Source: Nitrospirota bacterium (lineage in GTDB: Bacteria; Nitrospirota; UBA9217). Taken from it: a stretch of DNA of 64,000 nucleotides. The stretch is from contig CAWIYV010000010.1 in assembly GCA_963840455.1 (NCBI GenBank), positions 96,001 to 160,000 on the forward strand, in the 5' to 3' direction. A program made the translations under genes and the position numbers. Under the pieces are notes generated by a model that worked only from the letters and a program-made list of their open reading frames with translations, was not told the origin of the DNA and made no database searches. This document shows positions 1 through 10,243 of this stretch, piece by piece (position 1 is the stretch's first letter; each line of letters begins with the position of its first letter).

Positions 1-753
1 GCCTTTGTGTAGTTGAACCAGTTCGCGAAGTCTCTCCTTCCTTGCAGGCGAAAGCCCCAGGCTGTCAAGCTCCTTGAGGAGCGCGGGAAGGGAGCCTTCG
101 CCGCCCAAATAGCCGTTCACGCGTGCCACGGCGGTCGAGGCAACGAAGTCGGATGCCCGGGGATAGACCTTCCGGAGATCTTCCTCGAACTCGGGGAACT
201 GCTGGAGCGAGTGTTTCTGGTGATAGTTCTCGGCGAGCGTGAAGCCGCGGTAGGGAACGATCTCGGTATATATGGTGCTCCTCCGCTCTTTTGCAAGCCG
301 GGCCTTTGTCTCCTCAGCCAGCCTCCGCTGCTCTTCCGTGTGAAAAAAGATGATGGAGGCGTACTGGCGGTACCAGTTCCGGCGCGTGGGATCGTGGCCT
401 GTCCAGAAGACATCGAGCAATTCACGGTAGGTGATCTTCGCCGGGTCGTAGTCGACCTGGGCCGTCTCGGTGTGGTCGCCCATGTTGCGGTAGGTAGGAT
501 CAGGCTTCTCGCCGCCCGCGTACCCGACCCGCGTGCGCACGACTCCAGGCAGGCTCCCGAACCGGGAGTCAGGGCCCCAGAATCAGCCCAGGGCAAAGGT
601 TGCGGTCTCCAGCACCGCCGGAATGACGCGGTCAATGGGCGGCAGCTCCGCAGCGAATATGGTGCTTTTCATGGCATGCTCACCCCTTCCGGTAATGTAC
701 CAGCTGGCGGCCAGCGCACACAGCAGGCCGATGCAAAGGACGATGCGCTTCAC
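1..753 (-). CDS. msrA: Selenocysteine-containing peptide methionine sulfoxide reductase A; runs off the left edge
   Basis: Manual translation of the minus strand gives ...ETATFALG-TGA-FWGPDSRFG...AENYHQKH. The in-frame TGA (583-585) replaces the catalytic Cys of the MsrA GCFWG motif. Directly downstream of msrB. Start is GTG 753 or ATG 672. Missed by the ORF track. Confidence 0.88.
541..582 (-). promoter_or_regulatory. Putative bacterial SECIS hairpin
   Basis: Just after the UGA: CTCCC-GGTTC-GGGAG stem-loop with a G-starting loop, or an alternative outer pairing GACTCC...GGAGTC. Confidence 0.65.
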
Positions 754-757
754 GTCT

Positions 758-1300
758 TCACTTCCCTGCAGGCACGAACTTCAGGGCGGCTGAGTTCATG
801 CAGTACCGCTTGCCCGTGGGCGGCGGCCCGTCCTTGAACACGTGGCCAAGGTGGGCGTCGCACCGTGCACACAGCACCTCGACACGCTCCATGAACCACG
901 ACCTGTCCGTCTCGAGCCGCACGTTGTGCTCCGAGATGGGCTGCCAGAAGCTGGGCCAGCCCGTCCCGGACTCGAACTTCGCATCCGACCGGAACAGGTC
1001 CGTGCCGCAGCAGACGCACTGATAAATGCCTTTGTCCTTGGTCGAGGCATACCTGCCGGAGAAGGCCGGCTCGGTGCCTTTCTTCCGGGTGATCTTGAAC
1101 TCCTCCGGCAAGAGCAGTTTCCGCCATTCGTCGTCGGTCTTTACGACGCGGTCGACTTCCTCAACCTTGTCCGTCCGGTGGTCATAGATCAGGACCTTTC
1201 CCGTTGTGCTCATATTCTTCTCCCCCGCAATACCCGGACGCCAGGGCAGGACCAGCATGCCCAGGAGCCCTACGATGAACTGATTTCGTGTCATGGCCAT
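758..1300 (-). CDS. msrB: Peptide methionine sulfoxide reductase B with N-terminal signal peptide
   Basis: GTEPAFSG, CxxC, GTGWPSF, HLGHVFxDGP and RYCMNS motifs. Confidence 0.95.
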   Translation of the reverse strand: MAMTRNQFIVGLLGMLVLPWRPGIAGEKNMSTTGKVLIYDHRTDKVEEVDRVVKTDDEWRKLLLPEEFKITRKKGTEPAFSGRYASTKDKGIYQCVCCGTDLFRSDAKFESGTGWPSFWQPISEHNVRLETDRSWFMERVEVLCARCDAHLGHVFKDGPPPTGKRYCMNSAALKFVPAGK

Positions 1301-1489
1301 ATCCCCTTCTCCGGGCCGCTTGCCGCCCGGTATATCATCTTTTTATAATATCTCTCTTCCCGCCCGCAAAGGCAAGAAAAACAGAGGACTTTGTCCATCC
1401 CGTATAGACAGCCCCAGGGGATGCAGTAAGGCCCGGGAAGGAGCTCTCCCCGGGCCGGATGCGGTCCGTGCTATGGGTCCTGCCGCGTA

Positions 1490-2119
1490 TCAGCGGCGGC
1501 AGGACACGATCGCGCACAGGGCCCCGCTTGCGGCTTCCTGTTCCAGCAGGCCCTCTATGCCCTTGCCGTATACGGCGTCTACGGCTTTCACTAATGCCGG
1601 GGAGAGGTGTCGCGAAGGGCCCCGCCGCAAGGTATTGCACCGGAAGGCTAGCGCATCGTCGACAAGCGACAGCACTTCCTTTCCCTCGGAGAAGTTCATC
1701 GGCCAGAGCAGGCACGCCTTCGGTTTCACCTGCTCCGGCGAAAGCCCGAGCGCCTCTGCGGCTGCGTGCAGGGAACACCGGACCTTCCCGCCCGACCGGA
1801 ACGCGAGCAGGCAAAGGCCTTCGTCGTCCGTGTCGATGGCGAACAGGCCTGACTCAACCTTATCGAAGATGTTATCGTATCCGCCGCCGGTTTTGAGATG
1901 GGGACAGAACCCGGCTGCCTCGGGCAGGACCCGGATGATCCGTTCGAGCTCCGTCACGGTCACGCAGACCTCGTAGGCCGAGCAGCAGCAGAGCTCGCCG
2001 CGTAGGCATCCATCACAGGCATGATCGATGGACAGGATCGATGAGAGGTCGACGTGCAGGACGTGCGGTCGCATGCGCTTTGCTTGGGGGAGCTTCTTTG
2101 ATCTTTTCTTTGCGGCCAT
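1490..2119 (-). CDS. Cys-rich DUF3109/YkgJ-like putative Fe-S or Zn protein
   Basis: CxxC..CCC, CSLH and KPxxCxLWP pattern. Confidence 0.7.
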   Translation of the reverse strand: MAAKKRSKKLPQAKRMRPHVLHVDLSSILSIDHACDGCLRGELCCCSAYEVCVTVTELERIIRVLPEAAGFCPHLKTGGGYDNIFDKVESGLFAIDTDDEGLCLLAFRSGGKVRCSLHAAAEALGLSPEQVKPKACLLWPMNFSEGKEVLSLVDDALAFRCNTLRRGPSRHLSPALVKAVDAVYGKGIEGLLEQEAASGALCAIVSCRR

Positions 2120-2235
2120 TGTCTGAGAGGCCTGCCTTCTCGGTTACGTAGTCGCACCGTTCGGCCGAGATACTTCGCTGCTCTAGGACGTTTTTAACAG
2201 CCCGTTAACCATCTTCTCGATTTTCCAGCATTCCG

Positions 2236-2514
2236 CTAGAGCGTCATCAACACCAGTTCGTGGTCGTTCAACTCCTGGTAGATCGCATTCAGCTGGTCCC
2301 TGCTTTGGGCGGTGAAGGTGGCCGTGATAGACAGGTATTTACCGCCGCTGCTCCTCCGGCTGGTGAATGTTGCACTGTCGAGATCAGGCACATGCTTTTT
2401 GAGGATGGCGTGAACTGCCGGATATAATCCGTCGGTGTTTGCCCCCATGACCTTGAGCGGAAAGAGGCAGGGAAACTTCAGTCCACCGGCATGGGCATCA
2501 ATGGTGTCGTTCAT
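2236..2514 (-). CDS. YbeD/DUF493 family protein
   Basis: FPCxFPLKVMG and SSGGKYLSIT motifs. Confidence 0.85.
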   Translation of the reverse strand: MNDTIDAHAGGLKFPCLFPLKVMGANTDGLYPAVHAILKKHVPDLDSATFTSRRSSGGKYLSITATFTAQSRDQLNAIYQELNDHELVLMTL

Positions 2515-2545
2515 GTTACCTCGGCGCTCTCTTTTTCCGGTTACG

Positions 2546-2785
2546 TTACTTCGCTGTGTCTGTGGACTCCCGTGCGCATTGGAGATAGAGCTCTTCGACC
2601 TTTTTTCTCGCCCAGGGGGTCTTTCTCAGGAACTGCAGGCTCGACCTGATGCTCGGTTCGCTCGTGAAGCACCGGATATTCACGGACCTTCCCATCCGTT
2701 CCCAGCCGTACTGCTCCACCAGCCGGGTCAGGATCATTTCCAGGGTCATACCGTGCAGGGGGTCGTTGTTCGATGGTCCAATCAT
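2546..2785 (-). CDS. VF530-like (DUF2132) DNA-binding protein
   Basis: DPLHGxTLExIL, YGW and [13 protein letters not shown] motifs. Confidence 0.85.
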   Translation of the reverse strand: MIGPSNNDPLHGMTLEMILTRLVEQYGWERMGRSVNIRCFTSEPSIRSSLQFLRKTPWARKKVEELYLQCARESTDTAK

Positions 2786-2893
2786 ATCGCTGGTCAAGCC
2801 ATCTGGTGGACGGTGATGTCCTTGGTCATAGCCTGGCCTCATTGTGTAAGGATCTCTTTCAACCTGTTGAAAAAAACTTGTATGACGTCCTAA

Positions 2894-2997
2894 TCCGTCG
2901 TCCCCGTGAAACTTATCCTCGAATGCTTTTATCGAGGAACGAGGATCCGGAAACTGTTTGAAAACCCTGGATTCCCGCCTACGCGGGAATGACGGAA
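2894..2997. repeat. REP-like CGTCATTCCCG...GGATTCCCGCCTxCGCGGGAATGACG element; related copies at ~5777-5904 and ~14243-14311
   Basis: Shared palindromic GCGGGAATGAC/ATTCCCGC ends seen by eye at three intergenic sites. Confidence 0.7.
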
Positions 2998-3022
2998 AGG
3001 GGAATGGTCATTCAAGAGTCTG

Positions 3023-3931
3023 CTATTCCTTGCCGGCGCGTACCAGCACGTTCTCGATGAGCTGCTTGGCCGCGCCACGATCCTTGACCCGCACAGCGCC
3101 GGCGAGAAATCTGCCTGTTTGCTGGACGACCACTGCACCATACAGCGGGTCAACTGCCTCCAGGGACATCCGGCCCGAAGACTCGGTCACGCGAACGTTG
3201 CTGCCCCCGGTCTTGAGATAGGCCTGGTATTGATCGAAGGCCGCGCGTGCGGCATCGGTTGACTTCTCCAGCAGGAGAAAGACCTGCGCCTCGTCGCTAC
3301 CCAAGACCGCGTCCGCGATGAGGCCGCGTCGGAAGAAATCATACCCGAGCAGACTCGAAGCGATATATCGCTCGCTCTTTTTTACTACCGCAGGGACGAG
3401 GAACGCGTCGAGCTCCTTGGGACGTGCCGTGCTCTGCGGGAGCTTCTGCGCTATGGCCTTGCCGCAGGCGAGCAGCACATCCTGGCTTATGGTCGTTGCG
3501 CCCGTGACCTGGAGCCGCACGAGATACCGGTCCTGATAGAAGAGCATTTGGGACGAGGAAATCGTACCATCGGCGCCAATCGCGGCACCGGTGGAGTTCT
3601 TCCTGCGGTAGTTGGCGAATATGCCGAAGGCGTCGAGCAGGGAGCCCATGGCATAGACATCGGCATCGAGCGCGATCTTCGGGTCCTTCCTGCTCTCGTA
3701 CCGCGCGTAGGCAAGCTTTTCGAACCCGTAAGGGAAATAGAGCTCTGATTCGCCGTTGATGCGGTCGAAGAGGCTGTCTTTGTCGTACAGCGTCACCTTG
3801 CCGTCCATGACCCAGCCATCGGCGCACGCGGGTGCGGGCAGGAGCTTGTCCATGGCCTGTTCAGCGCTCTGGACCGGAAACGAGGTGCAGAGCAGGCATA
3901 TAATTATAAGGATGATGTGGGAGATGCGCAT
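3023..3931 (-). CDS. Exported DUF6599-like protein
   Basis: Signal peptide and LFDRINGESELYFPYGF motif. Confidence 0.75.
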   Translation of the reverse strand: MRISHIILIIICLLCTSFPVQSAEQAMDKLLPAPACADGWVMDGKVTLYDKDSLFDRINGESELYFPYGFEKLAYARYESRKDPKIALDADVYAMGSLLDAFGIFANYRRKNSTGAAIGADGTISSSQMLFYQDRYLVRLQVTGATTISQDVLLACGKAIAQKLPQSTARPKELDAFLVPAVVKKSERYIASSLLGYDFFRRGLIADAVLGSDEAQVFLLLEKSTDAARAAFDQYQAYLKTGGSNVRVTESSGRMSLEAVDPLYGAVVVQQTGRFLAGAVRVKDRGAAKQLIENVLVRAGKE

Positions 3932-4419
3932 TGGTTCTGCTCACTGTGGACAAGTTCGCACGCAAAGTAACGCACACCCTCTAAAGGATTTGGATAGTAG
4001 CCCTCGATCTCCCGGAAGCAGAGAGATTCATAAAGAGCTTGCGCCTCAGCCATGCTTGGCAATGTATCCAATACCATTCTCGAATAACCTAGTTTCTGTG
4101 CGGAACGAATCCCCGATTCGGCCAGGCGCCTTCCGAGACCTACCCCACGATATTGCGGCTTGACATAGAGCCGCTTCATTTCGCAAATAACGGTGTCTCG
4201 GCTTCGGACTGCGACACAACCAACTGATTCCCTGTTTGTCCGGGCGAGCAGCAAAAATCCTAGAGGAGGGCCATAGATCATAGGCAGGCTAGCGATTTCC
4301 GCCGAGAAGTTCTGAAAGCAGAGATCAACGCCCAAGGCCATGGCGTATTCTTCGATCAGGGTTTTTCCCGCCGCATAGTCCTCAGGGCTCGTTGCTTCCT
4401 TTATTTCAGCCTGACCCAT
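3904..4419 (-). CDS. GNAT family N-acetyltransferase
   Basis: CEMKRLYV..RGxGLGRRL and LDTLPSM motifs. Confidence 0.9.
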   Translation of the reverse strand: MGQAEIKEATSPEDYAAGKTLIEEYAMALGVDLCFQNFSAEIASLPMIYGPPLGFLLLARTNRESVGCVAVRSRDTVICEMKRLYVKPQYRGVGLGRRLAESGIRSAQKLGYSRMVLDTLPSMAEAQALYESLCFREIEGYYPNPLEGVRYFACELVHSEQNQCASPTSSL

Positions 4420-4540
4420 TGTCGTTTTACCGTATCAGTGGTTGTATTGTTTCAGCCTTGATTTAAGAACCTTGGAATAGCCAAACGATCTGACAGGATG
4501 CCATGAAAGCGCTCCTCTGCCTGATCGTATCCTGCCTTCT

Positions 4541-5722
4541 CTACGCAAGCATCATCCGCGCCCGCTCCATCTTCGCCGCGATGTTCAGCCCCTTGGCGCA
4601 CTGCGCCGTGCAGACAGGACATTCCAGGCATGCGTCGGCGGACGCGTGTGCCGGAAGCTCGCGGTACGTGGACAGGGCGAGCCCGCGGTCCTGATATCCC
4701 CCTTCCGCGTACATGAGGGAACGGTTTATGGTGCTGATCTCCACGCCTTTGGGGCAGGTCCCTTCGCAGGTTCCGCAGAGGTCGCAATAGAAGCCCGCAA
4801 TAGCGGCATGGTATTTCCGCAGGATGCGCTCGTCCGCATACTGGAACGTCATGCCCATGACCGCGATGTTCTCCCTGAACTGGGCCATGTCCTTCATGCC
4901 CGGGATGGCCATAGTGACGTTCGGGTTCTGGAGCGCCCACTTGAGCGCTGCCTGGTGGGGGCTGATCTTGCCGAGCGCCTCGGTCTTGTACCCGCCCGCC
5001 TGCGTCTTCATGGCGATGATCCCGACACCTGCCTTGGCGGCGCGTGCGATCGCCTCGCCGACCTCTTTGGGGCTTTCGAAGTTGTATTTCACCAGGCAAG
5101 TGTCGAAGAACCGGTCCTTGTCGTCCACCAGCGCGTTCAGCACCTCGGTCTCGTTCTTGTGCGTTGTCACGCCGCAGAACCGCACCTTGCCCTGCTTCTT
5201 CAGGGCCGCCAGCGCCTCGCGCGTCTCGGGAACGAATATCCGTTCCTTGCCCTCGAGATTGTGGAGCTGGATCACGTCGATATGGTCGGTCTCGAGCGTC
5301 TTGAGGCTCGTCTCGACGTCGCGGATAATGTCTTCCTTCGACCGCGAGCCAGGCAGGGTTTTGGTCGCCACGTACACCTTGTCGCGCCTGCCCTTCAGGG
5401 CCTTTGCCACGATCTCCTCGTTCCTGCCATCCATGTACTTGCGTGCTGTGTCAATGTAGTTCACGCCGTTGTCAAAGGCGATCTTGAGCACCTCGGGCTC
5501 CGGCGTCAGCATGGCGCCGAAGCTCACGACCGAGATCTTGAGGCCTGTCCGTCCCAGGGTGCGGTAGAACGGCTGGGGGAAGACAAAAGGCGCGTTCTCG
5601 GCGTAGTGCACCGCTGCCTCGGCAAGGACATCACCCCCGAGGATCGCCGAGGTCGTCCCGACCAGGCCGACCTTCAGGAACTCCCTGCGGTGCATTCCTG
5701 TATTCTGCTTTCCTTTGCTCAT
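4541..5722 (-). CDS. Tat-exported aldo/keto reductase with C-terminal 4Fe-4S domain
   Basis: RREFLK Tat motif, LGRTG, DTARKY, and CxxCxxCxxxCP plus a second Cys cluster. Confidence 0.9.
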   Translation of the reverse strand: MSKGKQNTGMHRREFLKVGLVGTTSAILGGDVLAEAAVHYAENAPFVFPQPFYRTLGRTGLKISVVSFGAMLTPEPEVLKIAFDNGVNYIDTARKYMDGRNEEIVAKALKGRRDKVYVATKTLPGSRSKEDIIRDVETSLKTLETDHIDVIQLHNLEGKERIFVPETREALAALKKQGKVRFCGVTTHKNETEVLNALVDDKDRFFDTCLVKYNFESPKEVGEAIARAAKAGVGIIAMKTQAGGYKTEALGKISPHQAALKWALQNPNVTMAIPGMKDMAQFRENIAVMGMTFQYADERILRKYHAAIAGFYCDLCGTCEGTCPKGVEISTINRSLMYAEGGYQDRGLALSTYRELPAHASADACLECPVCTAQCAKGLNIAAKMERARMMLA

Positions 5723-6327
5723 AAGGACCTCCTTAATTATCAATGGTCTTATTATTATAATCTGTACATCCCACCGACCGTCATCCCCTGCTGGATTCGC
5801 GCGAGGGCGGGACCCGAGTCTCGCCCTCGAATGCTTATATCGAGGATCCTGTATTTTACAAGCTGAACCTGGACTCTCGCTCTGAACCACTGCGGGAATG
5901 ACGATAGTGAAGCCACGAATATATCTATTTTTTATAACACCATCACTAATTATTGGAAAGGAAGACCTCGCTGAAGCTTGCGGAAGTTCTGTTCCCGCCT
6001 GGGAAAAGAGTACTCTACTTTGCGGCAGGGGTCAAGTGATCGACCGCGTTGATCCCTCTTGAATCCATGAGCGAGAGCAGCATTGTTCACGATACCGTGG
6101 GCGTCCAGGAAGGTGAAGATCTTTGACACGGAAGTGGCGCATTTGTAGTACGATAACGGCGGATAAGGAAGAACACTTCGACACCCCGGAACGCAAGAAT
6201 AAGGACCTCGGGCAAGGATCATTCCCTGGGAACCACTAGGGAAAATAACAACGGCCGGAAGGATGTGCCCTCCGGCCGTTCTGTATCGTTCCGTCGCGGA
6301 CAGACCGCCCTGCTCAGTGGATCGCGG

Positions 6328-6585
6328 TCATTTCTTCGCAACGGACTCCCGCATCACGATCGGCGCGCACCGGTTGCCGATCTCCTTTGCCAGATCTTCC
6401 CCGAGAAAGAGGACCACGGCCTTCCTGACCTTGTCGCACGCCTGGGCCGCGGTAAGCTTATCGGCCGACCACTCCTCGAGAATGCCGTCGATACGTCCCA
6501 TGAAGATGTTGCTCGCCCGTCCGGCCAGGACCTCGTGGATCACCTTGCGGACCTGATCCACGCTTTCCTTTGCTGCAGGGCTCAT
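6328..6585 (-). CDS. Hypothetical protein, 85 aa
   Basis: ATG overlaps the stop of the upstream membrane gene; followed by a hairpin at ~6252-6280. Confidence 0.7.
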   Translation of the reverse strand: MSPAAKESVDQVRKVIHEVLAGRASNIFMGRIDGILEEWSADKLTAAQACDKVRKAVVLFLGEDLAKEIGNRCAPIVMRESVAKK

Positions 6586-6878
6586 AGACCGAGGTCCTCG
6601 ACGATCTTGAAGAAGAGCTTGGTGACGATGACGACGAAGATCGCGCCGGCCAGGAAGATCACGCCGACCAGGATGTCCTTGATGTCCTGCGGCAGCAACC
6701 GGAAGAACGGCGTCGACAGGTAGCCGACCGTGAACATTACGATGAGCCCGGACAGGATGTTCCACGTCTCCTTGACCTTTCCGCCCGGGATCTTGCTCTT
6801 CAAGGCAAAGGAGCTGTACAGCGCGTACAGCATGACCAGGATCGCGGCCACGCTCAGGACCAAAAACAGTGATTCCAT
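6582..6878 (-). CDS. Small 3-TM membrane protein
   Basis: Hydrophobic helices and GAGGAGG RBS. Confidence 0.8.
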   Translation of the reverse strand: MESLFLVLSVAAILVMLYALYSSFALKSKIPGGKVKETWNILSGLIVMFTVGYLSTPFFRLLPQDIKDILVGVIFLAGAIFVVIVTKLFFKIVEDLGL

Positions 6879-7072
6879 GGGTGCAACCTCCTCTAGATTG
6901 ACTTCATTACGATCATTGCAGTTCAGCTATCATACAACATTTTTTCAGAACGGGTCAACTTGTATCTGCCTCATCGGGAGATGTTGTCCCTTTCCGCCGC
7001 CTGATCATCTCCCTAGGTTGTGATATACTTGAGTAAGCGATCCGGCCAGTCCTCGTAGAGGAGGTCCTCCCA

Positions 7073-7492
7073 ATGAAAAGCATGCTCGCCGCGTTATACG
7101 CGAAACCCCTTGCCAGCTACCTCATCGCCGCGCTGATCGCGGTCTCCGCCTTCGCAACCCCCGCCGAGGCGATGCTCCTGCCCACGGGAACTCCTGCTTC
7201 TGCGCCCATCGACCGGGCGGCTGATCTCGCTCTGATCCAGAGGACGCTGGAGGCCCAGGTGCTGCAGCAGCGTTTGACGGAATACGGGCTGACGCAGGAG
7301 CAGACCCTCGCGCGGCTGAACGCCCTCTCGGACGCACAGGTCCACCAGTTCGCCTCGCGCATCGAGATGCTGCAGGCCGGAGGCAGGCACGGCACCGTCG
7401 ATGTCGAGGTGGTTCTCATCATCCTGCTCCTCGTGCTGCTCATCCTGATCATCGTCGAGAACGCCCCCGCTGACCAGGGCTACGCTGTCTGA
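7073..7492 (+). CDS. PA2779/DUF6627-like exported protein
   Basis: Signal peptide, RLxALSD..AGG and hydrophobic C-terminal tail; strong RBS. Confidence 0.8.
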   Translation: MKSMLAALYAKPLASYLIAALIAVSAFATPAEAMLLPTGTPASAPIDRAADLALIQRTLEAQVLQQRLTEYGLTQEQTLARLNALSDAQVHQFASRIEMLQAGGRHGTVDVEVVLIILLLVLLILIIVENAPADQGYAV

Positions 7493-7648
7493 TCTTCTCT
7501 CCAGATGATCGAGGCCGTGAGCAGGTTGATCCCGTTCACGGCCTTCTTATGGTCAGCCTCGCCTCCCCTCTGCAACTCTCACCATTTATGTTGCCGGATG
7601 AAAGAAAAGCCCCTTCGATCAACCGTCGCGAAAATCTAAAGGCAGAGG

Positions 7649-8194
7649 TCAGGAGGGGCCCATGAACGGTTGCAGGTCCACGTGCACGGTCTCATTGCCG
7701 TCGGATACCCAGACCTGACCGTCCTGGATAGTGTATTGCAGTTTCATCGTGCGCTGCGACATTTTTGCCAGGGCCGGGGACACGGCTGCCGGTAGATTGA
7801 TCACCGTAAGGTTCCTGGTCCGCTCAAAGCCTTTACCGACCTGGCCCCACCACACAGTGGCGCTATGACCGCTGTAGCTGTAAATGAACACCTGCCGGGC
7901 GCGGCCGCAGGCCCTGCGGACCAGTTTTTCATCGGGCTGGCCCACGTCGATCCAGAGTTCGATAGCGCCGGTGAGGTCCTTCAGCCACAAGTCTGGCTCG
8001 TCATCGTTGCCGATCTTATTGCCAAAGGCGAGGGCCTCATGGGCGTGCAGGGCGAACGCAAGGAGGCGCACCATCATGCGCTCGTCCGTCTCCGATGGAT
8101 GGCGGGCGATAGTGACGGTGTGGTCATGGTAGTAGCCGCGGTCCATGTCCGAGATCTGCAACTCAGCTTTGAAGATGGTCGATTTCAGCGCCAT
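7649..8194 (-). CDS. yaeQ: YaeQ family protein
   Basis: MALKSTIFKA, ARHPSETDERMMVRLLAF and WIDVGQPD motifs. Confidence 0.93.
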   Translation of the reverse strand: MALKSTIFKAELQISDMDRGYYHDHTVTIARHPSETDERMMVRLLAFALHAHEALAFGNKIGNDDEPDLWLKDLTGAIELWIDVGQPDEKLVRRACGRARQVFIYSYSGHSATVWWGQVGKGFERTRNLTVINLPAAVSPALAKMSQRTMKLQYTIQDGQVWVSDGNETVHVDLQPFMGPS

Positions 8195-8440
8195 AGTGAT
8201 GGCAGACTACCTGAAGAGCAGGTGAATTGCAAGATAGCAGAATTGATCGAACGTCTTCGCGGACCGCAACCGGAAACCTTGTCGTAGCGAGCGGCCGCAT
8301 TAAGCCCGAGGAATCATTTCGCATACCGCGTTTTTTTGCGGAAAGATAAGCTGTGCACTAAATTTAGCAGAGGATTATGATATGTTAAAGTAAAGAATAA
8401 GGATATTTACGAGTCCCCATGACAACGAAAGGGAACGACC

Positions 8441-8932
8441 ATGAAGATCGAGTTCTCCACCCAGGAATACCGCGATCTGCTTGACATCCTGCACGTAGCC
8501 GACGTCGTCATGTCCGGACATCGGCGTGACGAGGACGCACGCACCGAGCGTCACCGCGCGCTCATCCAGAAGTTTTATGCCCTCGCACAGGGCGAAGGTC
8601 TCGACCGGCTGTTCACCCGCATCGAAGGCACGCAGGAATATGCCCCAGCCGCGGAGTTCGAGGAAAACACGTTGTCCCATCCGTTGATCGATGAGTTCGG
8701 CGATCATCTCTTCTGGGACGAGTTGATCTCACGGCTCTCTATTAGGGACGCGGCGCTGATAACGGGCGGGATCGAGCGACTCAACACATTGGGCGACAGC
8801 GATCGCCAGCATCTGGAAGGACCCATCCGGCAGCGATATATTGAAGAATTCTCGGCGAATGGCATTGCAAACTTGGAGGTCGTAGAACGTCCCGGTACCG
8901 GCTGGGAAATGCCGGCAAAGACGTCTGACTGA
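8441..8932 (+). CDS. Hypothetical protein
   Basis: RBS, gene-like codon usage, AT-rich upstream region. Confidence 0.7.
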   Translation: MKIEFSTQEYRDLLDILHVADVVMSGHRRDEDARTERHRALIQKFYALAQGEGLDRLFTRIEGTQEYAPAAEFEENTLSHPLIDEFGDHLFWDELISRLSIRDAALITGGIERLNTLGDSDRQHLEGPIRQRYIEEFSANGIANLEVVERPGTGWEMPAKTSD

Positions 8933-9069
8933 TCGTGCTGTTCCTGCGGGAAAGACGGCAGCCGCAGCGCTGAGATCATATGGATCGAGGCAAACCGCAA
9001 CGACCGAAGCGTACTCTGTCTACGGCACGACGTAGCGAACCACCTATATAGGTATTCAACAGCCCCGGC

Positions 9070-9513
9070 TCAAAGGAACTGCTCCACCCACCGGACCATG
9101 TCGATCTTTTCCTTTGGTGCGCCGTCGATCCGGGCAAGCTGCCGACCGTTCCGGAACAGGATGAAGGTGGGCGTGGCCATGGCTTCAAACCGCTGAGCAA
9201 GGGGAAGCTCTTGCTGGATGTTCACCATGAGGACCTTGAGCCTGCCCGCCTTCCACCGGGCAAGGTCGCGCACCACGGGGTCCACCATCTGGCAGTAGCC
9301 GCACGTCGGGCTCCAGAATTCCACGAGCAGGAGTTCCCGCCAGTCATTCATTTCCAAGTCAAAGGTGGCTGCTGTGACGTTTACCGGCGCAGCAGGGTAG
9401 TTCAGGGCGGTCTTGCATTTGCCGCAGATCGGACGACTCGCGAGCTTTTCCCCAGGGACGCGATTCAGCGTGCCGCAGGATGAGCACCGAAGGATAACGG
9501 TAGTGGACGGCAT
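9070..9513 (-). CDS. Thioredoxin TrxC-like with N-terminal zinc finger
   Basis: CxxC...NRVP...CGKC zinc site and WSPTCGYC active site. Confidence 0.88.
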   Translation of the reverse strand: MPSTTVILRCSSCGTLNRVPGEKLASRPICGKCKTALNYPAAPVNVTAATFDLEMNDWRELLLVEFWSPTCGYCQMVDPVVRDLARWKAGRLKVLMVNIQQELPLAQRFEAMATPTFILFRNGRQLARIDGAPKEKIDMVRWVEQFL

Positions 9514-9631
9514 GCAAAAGGTCTCCTCCAATTGAATTCAGGTCAACAAACCCGATCTCCCCCGCATGCACCCTGCCGTTCCAGCGTGACAGCCTTCTTC
9601 CCCGGCGATCCGTGTGCTCCTTGAGGGCGGG

Positions 9632-9979
9632 TCAATATCCTAGTGGATCCCAGGTCCGGAAACCATTCACTTCTTCACCGGGGTTCGGTAGACCTGCGAT
9701 CTTCCATGCCCTGACCGGATCATTGAACTGATCAGCAACGCAAGACCGCGACTGGTGTACGTTCTTGCATATAGAGCGAATGATGGGGAAAAAATGGTGC
9801 TTCCCATAATAGGTTCGCAGGTACTTCAGGATATCGAGCTGCTCTTTTGTTAATACTTCGATGCCCTCACGTGCGGCAAGGGCAGTCGCCACCTCTTCCG
9901 TCCAATCCCCAGGCTCCTCAAGAAACCCATCGGCATCAACGGAAATCCATGCACCCTTCTGCGCGATCATGGCATGCAT
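9632..9979 (-). CDS. TusE/DsrC family protein lacking the C-terminal Cys
   Basis: VDADGFL..W.EEVA..LA..EG and AWKIAGLPNP motifs. Confidence 0.82.
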   Translation of the reverse strand: MHAMIAQKGAWISVDADGFLEEPGDWTEEVATALAAREGIEVLTKEQLDILKYLRTYYGKHHFFPIIRSICKNVHQSRSCVADQFNDPVRAWKIAGLPNPGEEVNGFRTWDPLGY

Positions 9980-10243
9980 ACCTCACTGGCTCGCAACAAC
10001 TCCCGCTCTGGGATGTCCGCGATATTGCTGAGTCGATGCCGCTCACCGTTGGCCGCAGGTTCGCTCAACTCCCTCCGGACCCCGCGCTCTATGCCGTATA
10101 TTATACCATATTCATCCGATATAAACAGCGTGCGCCTGGGCATCCGGTTCCTTACGATGCCCGGGCGCGAAATGCAGGGCAACAGGGGCCACGTAGTGTG
10201 TTGCCGCCGTTGTCACGGGGAACGACGCGCTTCTGGCACGGCG

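Noticed and set aside
13-837. 274-aa plus-strand ORF and other long antisense ORFs (e.g. 4646-5866, 43279-44709, 48221-49687, 53074-55134)
   Set aside because: Shadow frames of real opposite-strand genes in GC-rich DNA
5950-6222. 90-aa ORF or possible ncRNA
   Set aside because: No recognisable motif, RBS or structure
6252-6280. Similar GGCCGGAAGG..CCCTCCGGCC hairpin outside the array
   Set aside because: It follows a gene stop, has no groEL tail and is probably an ordinary terminator; it does caution that the hairpin alone is not diagnostic
9632-9634. TGA stop of the DsrC-like gene as a Sec codon
   Set aside because: Not at a clearly homologous Cys position, and no convincing SECIS follows
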